A stretch of DNA of 64,000 bases from Acidobacteriota bacterium (GTDB taxonomy: Bacteria; Acidobacteriota; UBA6911; RPQK01; JAJDTT01), in NCBI GenBank assembly GCA_965219855.1, contig CBDCOR010000022.1:835826-899825 (forward strand), written 5' to 3'. The notes beneath the pieces were generated by a model, which had not been told where the DNA came from, did no database searches, and was given only the letters and a program-made list of their open reading frames with translations. Shown here piece by piece: positions 10,423 to 19,211 of the stretch. The stretch's first letter is position 1; each line of letters starts with the position of its first letter. The position numbers were made by a program, and so were the translations under genes.

Positions 10423-10896
10423 GGAAACCGCGAGGAGTTCAAATCCGGGCAAATCGGCTGATTGGCCCCTGGGAAGTGCTTGGTGGGGACGATAGACGAG
10501 TGCCCGCCAAGGGGAGAGGTCGTACAGCGCCCTACAGAGGCCGCTCAGGAGCCTCGTGGATCTGGTCCACTCCCCTCGACGCCGGCGCGAGCGAGGGGGA
10601 GCTCCGTTCGGGCTACGCCCTCACTCCATCCCCCTCGCATTCTAAAAACAATCTCTCTTTTTTACAGAAAGGAGGACCCCGAAAAGAGTCGTCTCAGAGG
10701 ACGGCTACAGCTCTTTTTTTTTATCCCTCGTGTGGGGATTTCCAATTGTCGCTGCGGGAATTCCATTTGTCGTTGATCAGGTCTGGCTGGATTTTGCGAT
10801 CGAATCAGGTCCGGACACTGGCGCCGAGTCCATTTGGTCTTGTGCTGGTTTGGCTTCCATTTCTGTGGAGCAGATCGGCTCGGGTCCCGATAAAGT

Positions 10897-11451
10897 TTAG
10901 TCGGGGTCGTTCTCGAGTATGAGCTCTCTGAGGGCTGTTTCGTGGGAATCGTAGGTCTTTCCGTCGAAGAGGACGAACCGTACCAGGGCCGGTCCTTGAT
11001 GCTGCTCGAGAAAGCCAAGGACGCAGCTTAGAGCAGCCGGCGCCACAAGATCCAGGGGGTAGCGGTAAGCGCCGGTGGAGAGCGAAGGGAAGGCGATGCT
11101 GCGGCAGGTGTATTCCAGGGCTAGTTCGAGACTGCTGTGGTAGGCACTGGACAGCTTCTCTGATTCGCCGCCTTGGCCGCCGTTCCAGACCGGTCCCACG
11201 GCATGGATTACGTATCGGGCAGATAAGGTCCCGGCCCCCGTGATCACGGCCGAACCAGTGGGACATCCCTGCGGATACTTGCTGAGGGTTTCCTCCATAA
11301 TGGTCGGACCGCCGTTTCGGTGAATGGCACCATCGACTCCTCCGCCTCCAGCCAGACGACTGTTGGCTGCATTGACGAGGGCATCACAGTCTTGTCGGGT
11401 GATGTCGCCGGTAACAAGCTCTAGTTTCGTCGATCCAATTGTGTGTTCCAT
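10897..11451 (-). CDS. Macro-domain protein, an ADP-ribose or O-acetyl-ADP-ribose hydrolase of the MacroD/YmdB type.
   Basis: 184 aa. Motifs VNAAN, GGGVDGAIH and VITGAGTL are characteristic of the macrodomain. Confidence 0.8.
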   Translation of the reverse strand: MEHTIGSTKLELVTGDITRQDCDALVNAANSRLAGGGGVDGAIHRNGGPTIMEETLSKYPQGCPTGSAVITGAGTLSARYVIHAVGPVWNGGQGGESEKLSSAYHSSLELALEYTCRSIAFPSLSTGAYRYPLDLVAPAALSCVLGFLEQHQGPALVRFVLFDGKTYDSHETALRELILENDPD

Positions 11452-11505
11452 TCGTTCAAGTTTCAGCTTAGCCCCGCCACCGGCTGCGCCGGATCGTACC
11501 TGAAA

Positions 11506-11630
11506 GAAACTTCAGTCGAGGGACGTAGCGGTGGGCTCCAGGCCGCCGCCCGAGCCAAAGGCTCGGAAAAATGAGACTTCGGCCTGGAGGCCAAAGCTAC
11601 ATTCGCCAATGAAGTTTCAGGTTAGCTTAG
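11506..11630. repeat. Small palindromic element of family 4, with GAAACTTCA terminal inverted repeats.
   Basis: GAAACTTCAG...CAATGAAGTTTCAG(GTTAGCTTAGG) with an internal stem GCTCCAGGCCG / CGGCCTGGAGGC. A related copy lies at 33066-33296. End fragments lie at 5640 and 11457. Confidence 0.45.
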
Positions 11631-12592
11631 GATTGCTGCTTTTCGCTGAGCCTTTCGTATTCCTGCTTGATCAGGTCGTAGTGCTCGAGTTCTTCCTCTG
11701 CGAACTGGGTGAAGATGTCTTTGCCTTTGGTTTCGTTGAACTTCTGGGCGTATTCGCGGAAGAAATTGTACGCGTCCCTCTCCATTTCCATGGCGAGTTT
11801 CAGGGCATCCCTAGCGCTCAAGTTCTCTCTCAGTTTGCGCTTGATCTGCTCTCGGCTGGGGAAGATGCGCTTCAGTGAGCCGAAGTCGAAGTGGAGAAAG
11901 ACCGGGGCCTCGAGCACTTCTTCGTGCTCCTGGATGAGCTGGCTCCATTCCTTCTCTAGTCCGCTCAAGTGGCTCCTCTCATCCTCCAGCATCTTCAGGA
12001 AAGTTGATCGGGTGGACTTGTGGTTCACGATACCGGAAGCGGTCTGATAGAAGCTGACGCCTCTCCTCTCGGTTTCCATGGCGATCTTCAGGGCGTCTCG
12101 AACGAAGATCAGGTCGGCGTCTACAGCCTCCGGACCGGGATGGCGCTGGTTTTGACAGTCCTGACAAACTCCATAGATCTGTACTCGGTGCTGAACCGGC
12201 TTGAAGTGATACTCCGAGACGATCTTTGCCTGTATCTGCTCCAGTTCCGGGCTGAGAAACTCAATCGTCCGATTGCACTCCATGCAAACCATGTGGTGAT
12301 GGTGGGGACGCCTGTGGAGGGGTTCGAAACGGATTCTGCCGTCGCTCAGATCCACTTCTCGCGCAAGTCCACAGTCCGTGAGGGCTTTGAGCGTTCGGAA
12401 CACGGTGGTCGAGCCGATCTTTCCGTCGCTCTTCTTGACGAGCTCGTAAAGTTCTTCCGCGCTCAAGTGTCCCCCTGCCGTCAGAAAGCACTCGACGACG
12501 GTTTCCCGCTGGCGGGTCATTCTCAACCGCTTTTCTTTTAGATAACTGGAAAATATTTCCAGCTCTTCCGAGATTTCTCTAGAGCTGCTCAT
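11627..12592 (-). CDS. Fur-family metalloregulator fused to a C-terminal rubrerythrin/ferritin-like di-iron domain.
   Basis: The N-terminal ~150 aa carry a winged HTH, a His-rich stretch HHHH and two CxxC pairs (CMEC, CQDC). The C-terminal ~170 aa carry two helix pairs with E...ExxH motifs (EDERSH, EELEHY). Confidence 0.75.
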   Translation of the reverse strand: MSSSREISEELEIFSSYLKEKRLRMTRQRETVVECFLTAGGHLSAEELYELVKKSDGKIGSTTVFRTLKALTDCGLAREVDLSDGRIRFEPLHRRPHHHHMVCMECNRTIEFLSPELEQIQAKIVSEYHFKPVQHRVQIYGVCQDCQNQRHPGPEAVDADLIFVRDALKIAMETERRGVSFYQTASGIVNHKSTRSTFLKMLEDERSHLSGLEKEWSQLIQEHEEVLEAPVFLHFDFGSLKRIFPSREQIKRKLRENLSARDALKLAMEMERDAYNFFREYAQKFNETKGKDIFTQFAEEELEHYDLIKQEYERLSEKQQS

Positions 12593-12736
12593 CGTAAACC
12601 GCTTGAGGCTCTCATTCTTAGGTATCCGGGCAGGTTTTGCAAGCGGGTGAGAGGGGCAGGGAAGCGGGCAGACGAATACCTACGAAGCTGCGGGGGAATG
12701 GGTGGTAGGTTGCGCGCTGAAGGTTGTCAGGCTGCA

Positions 12737-12790
12737 GGTTAAGGGTTCTACAGTCGACGGACCTCAACCCCTGTAACCTGCAGACCTGGA
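12737..12790. promoter_or_regulatory. Imperfect palindrome about 150 nt upstream of the Fur-fusion gene. Candidate operator or structured element.
   Basis: CTGCAGGTTAAGGGTT ... AACCCCTGTAACCTGCAG. Confidence 0.2.
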
Positions 12791-13142
12791 ACCGTCGAGC
12801 TTACCTAGTGGCAGACTTCTCCGGGGAAGCAGGGCCACGGTTCAACACAACAGGCCACCTTTGCGTTGGTCTTCTGAGTCAACAGCGTGGCGTCAGGCGA
12901 TGGATTCACATCCAGAACCTGGACCCAAGGTTGAATCAACACGAATAGCAAGACCGCTTTGTAAAACATTTGGACCTCCAATAGGTTGGTTAGGAATTAA
13001 TAAACGCAGTGTAGACACTGCAGACGACACTAAAGAAGTCGTTTTGGTATGACCAAAGTCAGGAGGGATTCTGTTTTGGCATTACCAAATCCTAATTGGA
13101 CTGGTCTTGCCTACTTGATCTAGTCAGGAATCGAGGTTAGTC

Positions 13143-13886
13143 TTGGGCCAGATGAGCTTCTCGTATCTCCTGTGGGGAATAATTCTGTTCCTCCTGGGTT
13201 TGATCTTGTATCGAGCATATGGGAATCGGATGCTCGGTCACTTTCCTATTTTCTATGGTTATATAGGCTTCACTTTCATCGCTTCGGCCGTTCTTGCGGT
13301 GATCATAGCCATATACGGTTTCGAGTCCGTCCAGTACTTCTATGGATTTCAAGCCAGGAATGCACCTGTTCCGATCCTCCAGCTCTGGGTGCTTGGAGAT
13401 CTGTACCGGCGGATTCTTGGCAATACAAAAACTTCTAGGAGAGAGTTCTCGCGATCCGTTATGGTGGTTGCGGTTGTGGCGGCTCCAGTCGTTTGGAAGG
13501 TCCTGGCTGGAGAACATGATTACTTCGTGAGCTACCATGCAATCACTCTTGTGTTCCAGGTTTTTCTCTGCCTCATTATCTACCGCGCGATCGGGAAACA
13601 CCGCGGCACTATCTTGGGTCAGAACTTCCTGGGTATCTTGTCGGGAGTTTCTCTGATGGTGGCTCTGCAGGCCATAAACTTCTCCCACGTATTGTTCCTG
13701 GATTCCTCTCCGAAGATTTTCCGCTTCTTTGGCCAGTTCATATACCTTCTTGCTCTCATCGTATTCGCCTATACCCTTTGGGATGAAAAGTCGATGCAGC
13801 GGCTCGAGTCTCCAGATCAGAAAAAACTGAACGAACTCAACACCAGGTTGCAGCAGGTATTGAAGTCTCTTATTTTCCATCGATGA
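13143..13886 (+). CDS. Hypothetical polytopic membrane protein with about 6-7 TM helices.
   Basis: 247 aa and strongly hydrophobic. It lies in a local AT-richer block. Its stop overlaps the next start (ATGA). Confidence 0.45.
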   Translation: MGQMSFSYLLWGIILFLLGLILYRAYGNRMLGHFPIFYGYIGFTFIASAVLAVIIAIYGFESVQYFYGFQARNAPVPILQLWVLGDLYRRILGNTKTSRREFSRSVMVVAVVAAPVVWKVLAGEHDYFVSYHAITLVFQVFLCLIIYRAIGKHRGTILGQNFLGILSGVSLMVALQAINFSHVLFLDSSPKIFRFFGQFIYLLALIVFAYTLWDEKSMQRLESPDQKKLNELNTRLQQVLKSLIFHR

Positions 13887-14290
13887 TGATATTTTTCTAC
13901 ATCTCGGCTCTGTCGCTCCTGCTGGTTTGTTATATGTTCTACAACATGGTTGCCGCCTTCAGTTCGGGAGAGTCTGAGAGAAGGCGATTGGAACAGGTGG
14001 AGCTTCGGTTGGCGCACATCATGCGGCTGGTAGAGGCCCCGGATGTTCGTCTCTTGATGCAGAATGAAGCGACTCGCCAGGCACTCCTTATGGAGTTTTC
14101 AGAAAGCCTGAGGAAGGATGTGCTCGAGTTGCTTCGCGCTAGGGAGCTAAGAATAACCTCCCTATTCTGGGCCGCTGTTTTCTTCTCGAGCTACTATCTG
14201 ATTCGCCTCAAATCCAGGCTTGTCTGCGGCCGGGCCGACCTTAAGTTTCTCTCCGGCCTAGAATTGGCTCTTTTTCGTACGTTGGACTAG
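13883..14290 (+). CDS. Hypothetical protein with N- and C-terminal hydrophobic segments flanking a helical core.
   Basis: 135 aa. It is translationally coupled to the upstream membrane protein. Confidence 0.35.
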   Translation: MMIFFYISALSLLLVCYMFYNMVAAFSSGESERRRLEQVELRLAHIMRLVEAPDVRLLMQNEATRQALLMEFSESLRKDVLELLRARELRITSLFWAAVFFSSYYLIRLKSRLVCGRADLKFLSGLELALFRTLD

Positions 14291-14326
14291 CCTGAACCGA
14301 TTCTGCCCTCGACAGGGGGACTGTTC

Positions 14327-14764
14327 TCAGCCTTTTTCCCCGATGGCTTGAGCCGTGAGTCGATTGAACACGTGCGCCCAGACCACCAGGTAGTGTTCGA
14401 TTAGCTGTCTGAGGTAGGGAGCACAGCCCTTCGCGTGAAGAAAGAGGCAATAGCGCTGGTCGCCGTGCTGCTTTTCGAACCAAAGACCCTGATCGTAGCT
14501 GCGACCATCCTCCAGATAGAAGTGGAGTCGGTCGATCAGAAACTCGCTCAGGTTCTGATAGAGAAGAACCTTACACTTCTCCTCCTCGAGGCAGAAGAGC
14601 GCCGCGCCCTCTACTCCCGATAAAGAGACGATCTCACTCAGCCGGAATTCCTGGATTTTCCTTAGATAGACCGGCTGATCGAGGGTCTGGGAGCCGACCG
14701 ATTCCACTGGCCAGACGTCATGGATGTCCGCTTCCAGAAGGGGATTATAAGACCTACTTGACAT
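14327..14764 (-). CDS. Hypothetical cytoplasmic protein.
   Basis: 145 aa with no recognisable motif. It lies in the AT-richer block. Confidence 0.3.
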   Translation of the reverse strand: MSSRSYNPLLEADIHDVWPVESVGSQTLDQPVYLRKIQEFRLSEIVSLSGVEGAALFCLEEEKCKVLLYQNLSEFLIDRLHFYLEDGRSYDQGLWFEKQHGDQRYCLFLHAKGCAPYLRQLIEHYLVVWAHVFNRLTAQAIGEKG

Positions 14765-14795
14765 TTCCTCCCCAATCCTCTATTATGTTCCCATC

Positions 14796-15752
14796 ATGAA
14801 TAAATCGAAAAGACAGAAGATCAGCCTGGTCCAAATCACCGACATGTTCCCCGACGAGCAATCTGCTGAGAGATGGTTTGAGCAAACTCTGTGGTCGAGT
14901 GAACGCTACTGTGGGCGTTGTGGGTCGGACAACACCCATAAGACTCCCAACCGCAAGCCCATGCCCTACCGATGCAGGGATTGCCGCAAATACTTCTCCG
15001 TCAGGACTGGAACACCCATCGCAAAAACCAACCTGCCTCTCAGGAAATGGGTGATTGCTGTTTATCTGGAACTGACCAGCCTCAAAAGCATCGCCTCCAC
15101 CAAACTTGCCAGCGATATCGGAGTCAGCCAACCCGCAGCTTGGTTCATGCTTCACCGCATCCGTCAAGCCTGGACCCGAAGTGGTGGGGATGGCCCGTTC
15201 TCTGGTCCAGTTGAAGTTGACGAAGCCTACTTTGGGGGCAAACGAAGAAACATGAGCAAGTCCAGGCAGAAGGAATTGACTGGCAGAGGACCAGCTGGGA
15301 AGGTGGCCGTGGCCGGTATCAAGGATCGGGCCACCAACAAGGTTCAGGCGGCGGTTGTCCCCGACACCAAGTCTGAAACGATGATCCGCTTCATCATGGA
15401 ACACGCCGACCCCGATGCCAAGATCTACACCGATGACGCCCTGGTCTACCACGTCCTTCCCAACCATGAATCCGTCAAGCACAGCGTTGGTGAGTACGTC
15501 AGGGGCAAAGCCCACACCAACGGGGTCGAGTCCTTCTGGTCGATGCTGAAACGTGCTCATACAGGAACCTTTCATAAAATCAGTCCGAAGCATCTGAATC
15601 GCTACGTCCAGGAGTTCGCGGGTAAGCACAATCTTCGTCAGCTTGACACCCTGGCTCAGATGAAGGCGGTTGTTCGGCGGCTGGCGGGGAAGACCCTGCC
15701 TTACGACATGCTGACTGCCGATAACGGCCTTTCTTCGGGTGCACGGTCATGA
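14796..15752 (+). CDS. IS1595-family (ISXO2-like) transposase.
   Basis: 318 aa. It has an N-terminal zinc ribbon (CGRCGS...CRDCRKYFS) followed by a DDE domain. Element ends were not resolved. Confidence 0.8.
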   Translation: MNKSKRQKISLVQITDMFPDEQSAERWFEQTLWSSERYCGRCGSDNTHKTPNRKPMPYRCRDCRKYFSVRTGTPIAKTNLPLRKWVIAVYLELTSLKSIASTKLASDIGVSQPAAWFMLHRIRQAWTRSGGDGPFSGPVEVDEAYFGGKRRNMSKSRQKELTGRGPAGKVAVAGIKDRATNKVQAAVVPDTKSETMIRFIMEHADPDAKIYTDDALVYHVLPNHESVKHSVGEYVRGKAHTNGVESFWSMLKRAHTGTFHKISPKHLNRYVQEFAGKHNLRQLDTLAQMKAVVRRLAGKTLPYDMLTADNGLSSGARS

Positions 15753-15886
15753 GTGCCCTCACCAAGTCTTCGGGTGTTGCGTCTCCGTAGTCAGGTCGTT
15801 TTCTCATGAATCCTCCATCAATTCCAAGAACCTAGCCATGGTCTTTGACCCCCTTGGATTTGCTCATTTTCTTCTGCCCTTTCAAA

Positions 15887-16567
15887 TTATCCAAGCTCAA
15901 CCTCTATGGCAAGGCCACTCTTTCTGTTGAGAACATCCCGCCTGATCCGATAGCGTATCTCATATTCCGAACCGCTCCCATCCTTGTACTGAATGCAACC
16001 TTTCGCCGCCGCCTTCAAGTCACCGATATCCAGTTGCCAGGAGCGGATTAGCTCGAAGAGGCTGTTACCAAACGGCTTATTGAGCAGAATAATGGATGGT
16101 GGCCAATTTTCAGGATAGAGGAAAAAGGACTCCCCCGGCTCCAAGTAAGTAATCTCCGGCCCCGTGAACTCCACGGCAGCCTCCCCCAATTGCAGAGGTT
16201 CTACAACGACACTGTAGGCTGGGGCATCGCCATTGTTCTTGAAAAAAAGCCCGCTGTAGTGGCGTTCATCCCATCCACTCTCGACCGGGATAACATGTGG
16301 TCTTTTTCCGTTCTCCACACTTCGCAATCTTTTCTTTTTGAAGAATCCGTGGGGAAACCAAGTCTGCCGAATCGCCATAGATAGACAGAAACCGAGCAAG
16401 GCTAGTACAATCTTGAGTTCAAGAGAGAAATTTCCCCACTGCCCCATCAGCCAGGCCACGACACCCCCCACGCTGTCCCACCAGGACAGCTTCTTGATCC
16501 AGGCGAAAACAATCTGCCAAACCGCCCGCCCGGCGAACTGCTTGAGGATTCCAACCAACCACCGCAT
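15887..16567 (-). CDS. Hypothetical protein with an N-terminal TM segment.
   Basis: 226 aa in the AT-richer block. It overlaps the 3' end of the upstream XRE ORF in another frame. The true start may be internal. Confidence 0.3.
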   Translation of the reverse strand: MRWLVGILKQFAGRAVWQIVFAWIKKLSWWDSVGGVVAWLMGQWGNFSLELKIVLALLGFCLSMAIRQTWFPHGFFKKKRLRSVENGKRPHVIPVESGWDERHYSGLFFKNNGDAPAYSVVVEPLQLGEAAVEFTGPEITYLEPGESFFLYPENWPPSIILLNKPFGNSLFELIRSWQLDIGDLKAAAKGCIQYKDGSGSEYEIRYRIRRDVLNRKSGLAIEVELG

Positions 16568-16809
16568 TTGTTCACTTTACGCTCCCCTCCCGTGCTTATC
16601 AAGTAGGGCTGATATTCCCCTTCCAGAACACCCAGCATTCGAAATAAATTGTCGAGGCTGATGTTGTAGAACCCGCTTTCCATACACCCATACGAGCCCG
16701 TTGGAATCCCGGACTGTTGAGCCAGGTCCTTGATCCTAATCCTCTTGCTCTGGCGTAGTTCCCGGAGACGCCGACGAACAAACTCATTGACTCCTCTGGT
16801 CTTACTCAT
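16447..16809 (-). CDS. XRE-family helix-turn-helix transcriptional regulator.
   Basis: MSKTRGVNEFVRRRLRELRQSKRIRIKDLAQQSGIPTGSYGCMESGF is a classic Cro/C1-type HTH. The C-terminal tail is low-complexity, so the true stop is uncertain. Confidence 0.5.
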   Translation of the reverse strand: MSKTRGVNEFVRRRLRELRQSKRIRIKDLAQQSGIPTGSYGCMESGFYNISLDNLFRMLGVLEGEYQPYLISTGGERKVNKCGGWLESSSSSPGGRFGRLFSPGSRSCPGGTAWGVSWPG

Positions 16810-17182
16810 AGCTAACTCCGATGATTGAAAATTACCCAAAGCACCGTAATATCACCTCTTTGGACAAGTATCCAACGGTACCTGAGGACTCCCTTCCCAT
16901 TTCCCTGAGATACGACTAAGACTACGACAAGCATGGGTGGTATGTAAAGTCGGAACGTCTGAGTGTCGCAGTTCGCAGGTTGCTGAGGAAAGGCATCTAT
17001 TGATGCAGGAGGAAAACACAGCCGCGCACGGGGCCGCATGTCAGCAACATCAGACCCAGTTCCGCGGAGTAAGCGGGACTGAAGTTTTCACCGGAATGAT
17101 CCAGCGTGACCGGTTGCCGTACTGATCGGAAGGATCACCGACTCGTGATCCATGGGGTTAGCCCGCATTTCTCATCGCTAGT

Positions 17183-19051
17183 CCCAAAATAAGCGCAAGT
17201 TCGAAAATAGACCCCTTTGTCGGCTCCGAGGAGCCATTTTGGAGACCTAAATTCTAAATTTCGGCGCGAAGTCACTCAGAACAGGCACGTGTTCAGCTGT
17301 CCTCCACGCCGATCGCTCAGGGAAAACGATTCTGCCCTCTTGGGGGGCGTTTGTAGAGACACCTCGCCCCAGCTCTGGCGACCCTCGGAGCTACTTTATC
17401 TCCTTTCAGTTTCAGGTAGCTGGCCGGTGTTTCAACCACTTACTGCCTTCCAAGAGAAGACGGCTCCAACCATTGACATCCAGCAGCCGATAGACCAACT
17501 GTCGGCCCCTGCGCAAAATCTGGCAGGGCATTTCAATGACCTCTCGCAGGAAACGGCGATACTCCATCTTCACCAGCTCTCGGGCTTGCAGTCGCGCCGG
17601 CAGCACCAACCCCATCCAGGCCTTCAGATTCCAGGCTTGAGCCGCAATCACCAGATAGGCCCAGTTGGCTACCAGCGTATCCGAGGGCATCCGCAGGGCC
17701 TCGACTCCGTTCTTGAGTTGTTCAATGACGTTCTCCTGGTTGCAGCGCCGGTTGTTTTCCCGTACGACTCCCGCCGTTCCCAACGTTCTGGCCGAGATAT
17801 TGGTGACATAAAAGTGGTAGCGCGTCTGCGGCAGCAGCCGCTTCTGGCCTTTCTCGACCAGGATCGTCTTGCGCAAGATCACCATCCGATAGGTTCGCTT
17901 CGCTTTGCTCGGACGGTAGTCGATCTCCGCGATCTCTTCCCGTTCCAGCGTCAGCGTCTTGAACCCGCGTCTCTTGATAATCTCCGGCTTCACTTTGTCC
18001 CGCCGCTGGCGCCGCTTCTTCCCTTTTCCTTTCCCCTGGCTGGGGCGCCCCAGCTCTTTCCATCTCGCTTCTGGCAACGCCTCCGCCCACTTGACGAAGC
18101 TCGGATGGGCGTCGATCCCGAAGTCAAACTCCACGCCCGCCTCCGTCCAACGGTCAAAATGAGCCGTCAGCGAAAAATCCGTGTCCCCGCGCAGGCGCAC
18201 CTTCCGAAAACCCGCCTCTCGAACCAGCTCGATACTCCGATCCAGCCATTCGGCCGCTCCCTCATGAGAGGGACGGTTGCCCGAGCGGTTGACCGCATAG
18301 AGCACCTCTCCCGTATTGGCCAGCGTCACGATCAGCGGCGCATAGCCCCACTGCCCGTCGTAGCTGATCTCCATCCCTTCCTTGCATTCGCCGCTCGTGG
18401 GGGCCATCGTCCCATCCACGTCGATCTCCGCCCGTTGGAAGAAACGGGCCGGTTGTTGGGCCCAGACCTTGAGGCGGCTGGCATTGACGGCTTCCATCAG
18501 ATCCACCACGTCGGGCGCGTCAAAGCGGCGCACAAAGTCTCCGGCCGTGCTGGGGGCGGGGATCTTCTCGGCTCCCACCGCCTCCAGGAAACTCACACTC
18601 TGACGTCGCAGTTCAATATCCTGATAGCGGGTCCCGCCCGTGGCCACGTTGTAGATCAGGCTCAGGACGTGGTCCGATTCGTGGTACGGTTGGTGGCGTT
18701 TGAGCAGCGTCACCGCCTGGTCAATGGCTTTCCCCAGCCCACTCCACTTCACCACCTGCTGCAGCAGCCCCAGACCACCGTAACTGACCGCACCCGTTTT
18801 CTCCGAGACCTCGTAGCTGATGACCTCGGGCGAGAGCACCGGTTTCGGGTCTTGACCGTTCCAGCTGGGGCTCAATCGCTGAGCAACCTCTGCTTCCCGT
18901 TTGCGGATGATTGCGCTATCCTTTTTCTTCACCTGAAATGCCTCCTTTCGGCTTGTTCTGAAGTTTCTTTGACAACCCCAGAATACCCGTCAGGTCTGGC
19001 ATTTCAGGTGTTTACATGTGGTTTAGTCCACTTTCATCTACTTCTTTTGGG
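17183..19051 (-). mobile_element. IS1380-family insertion sequence, copy A, intact.
   Basis: Terminal inverted repeats are CCCAAAATAAG (left) and the reverse complement of CTTCTTTTGGG (right). The 6-bp direct repeat GCTAGT flanks both ends. The element is 1869 bp and is inserted inside a MITE. Confidence 0.85.
17412..18932 (-). CDS. IS1380-family DDE transposase.
   Basis: 506 aa. The conserved blocks YDGQWGY, RSGNRPSHEGAAEW and LRGDTDFS match IS1380/ISEcp1-type transposases. Confidence 0.85.
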   Translation of the reverse strand: MKKKDSAIIRKREAEVAQRLSPSWNGQDPKPVLSPEVISYEVSEKTGAVSYGGLGLLQQVVKWSGLGKAIDQAVTLLKRHQPYHESDHVLSLIYNVATGGTRYQDIELRRQSVSFLEAVGAEKIPAPSTAGDFVRRFDAPDVVDLMEAVNASRLKVWAQQPARFFQRAEIDVDGTMAPTSGECKEGMEISYDGQWGYAPLIVTLANTGEVLYAVNRSGNRPSHEGAAEWLDRSIELVREAGFRKVRLRGDTDFSLTAHFDRWTEAGVEFDFGIDAHPSFVKWAEALPEARWKELGRPSQGKGKGKKRRQRRDKVKPEIIKRRGFKTLTLEREEIAEIDYRPSKAKRTYRMVILRKTILVEKGQKRLLPQTRYHFYVTNISARTLGTAGVVRENNRRCNQENVIEQLKNGVEALRMPSDTLVANWAYLVIAAQAWNLKAWMGLVLPARLQARELVKMEYRRFLREVIEMPCQILRRGRQLVYRLLDVNGWSRLLLEGSKWLKHRPAT

Positions 19052-19211
19052 GCTAGTCTACTGCGTCGCCGCAATCACCCGCCCTGGCTGCGTTACGCTC
19101 GGTCAGCCTCCTCGACGTACTGTCAAAGTACGACTGCGGCGGCCTCGGTCGCAAGCCTTGCCAGGACGGCGCTTGCGACGCCTCGCTACGACGAGCGATG
19201 AGAAATGCGGG

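Larger units (their letters stand above)
8110..10779 (+). mobile_element. Intact IS21-family insertion sequence carrying istA and istB.
   Basis: The imperfect terminal inverted repeats are TGATTGGCGACAGTTAGAATTTCCC (left) and the reverse complement of GGGAATTCCATTTGTCGTTGATCA (right). Subterminal multiple repeats are present at both ends (CGACA(A/G)xTAGAATT(T/C)CCC). The ATGA stop/start overlap is typical. A 6-bp direct repeat GGTCTG flanks both ends. Confidence 0.8.
17162..19211. repeat. MITE family 1 copy split by the IS1380-A insertion. The left arm is 17162-17182 and the right arm is 19052-19211.
   Basis: The arms are CCCGCATTTCTCATCGCT ... AGCGATGAGAAATGCGGG, flanked by TTAG at 17158-61 and 19212-15. 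They are collinear with the reverse complement of the intact copy at 59069-59257. Confidence 0.65.

Noticed and set aside
10897-11451. The macro-domain gene as the DarG antitoxin of a DarTG system.
   Set aside because: The protein is a 184-aa stand-alone macrodomain. No DarT-like (DUF4433) partner is adjacent. The neighbours are an IS21 end and a small repeat.
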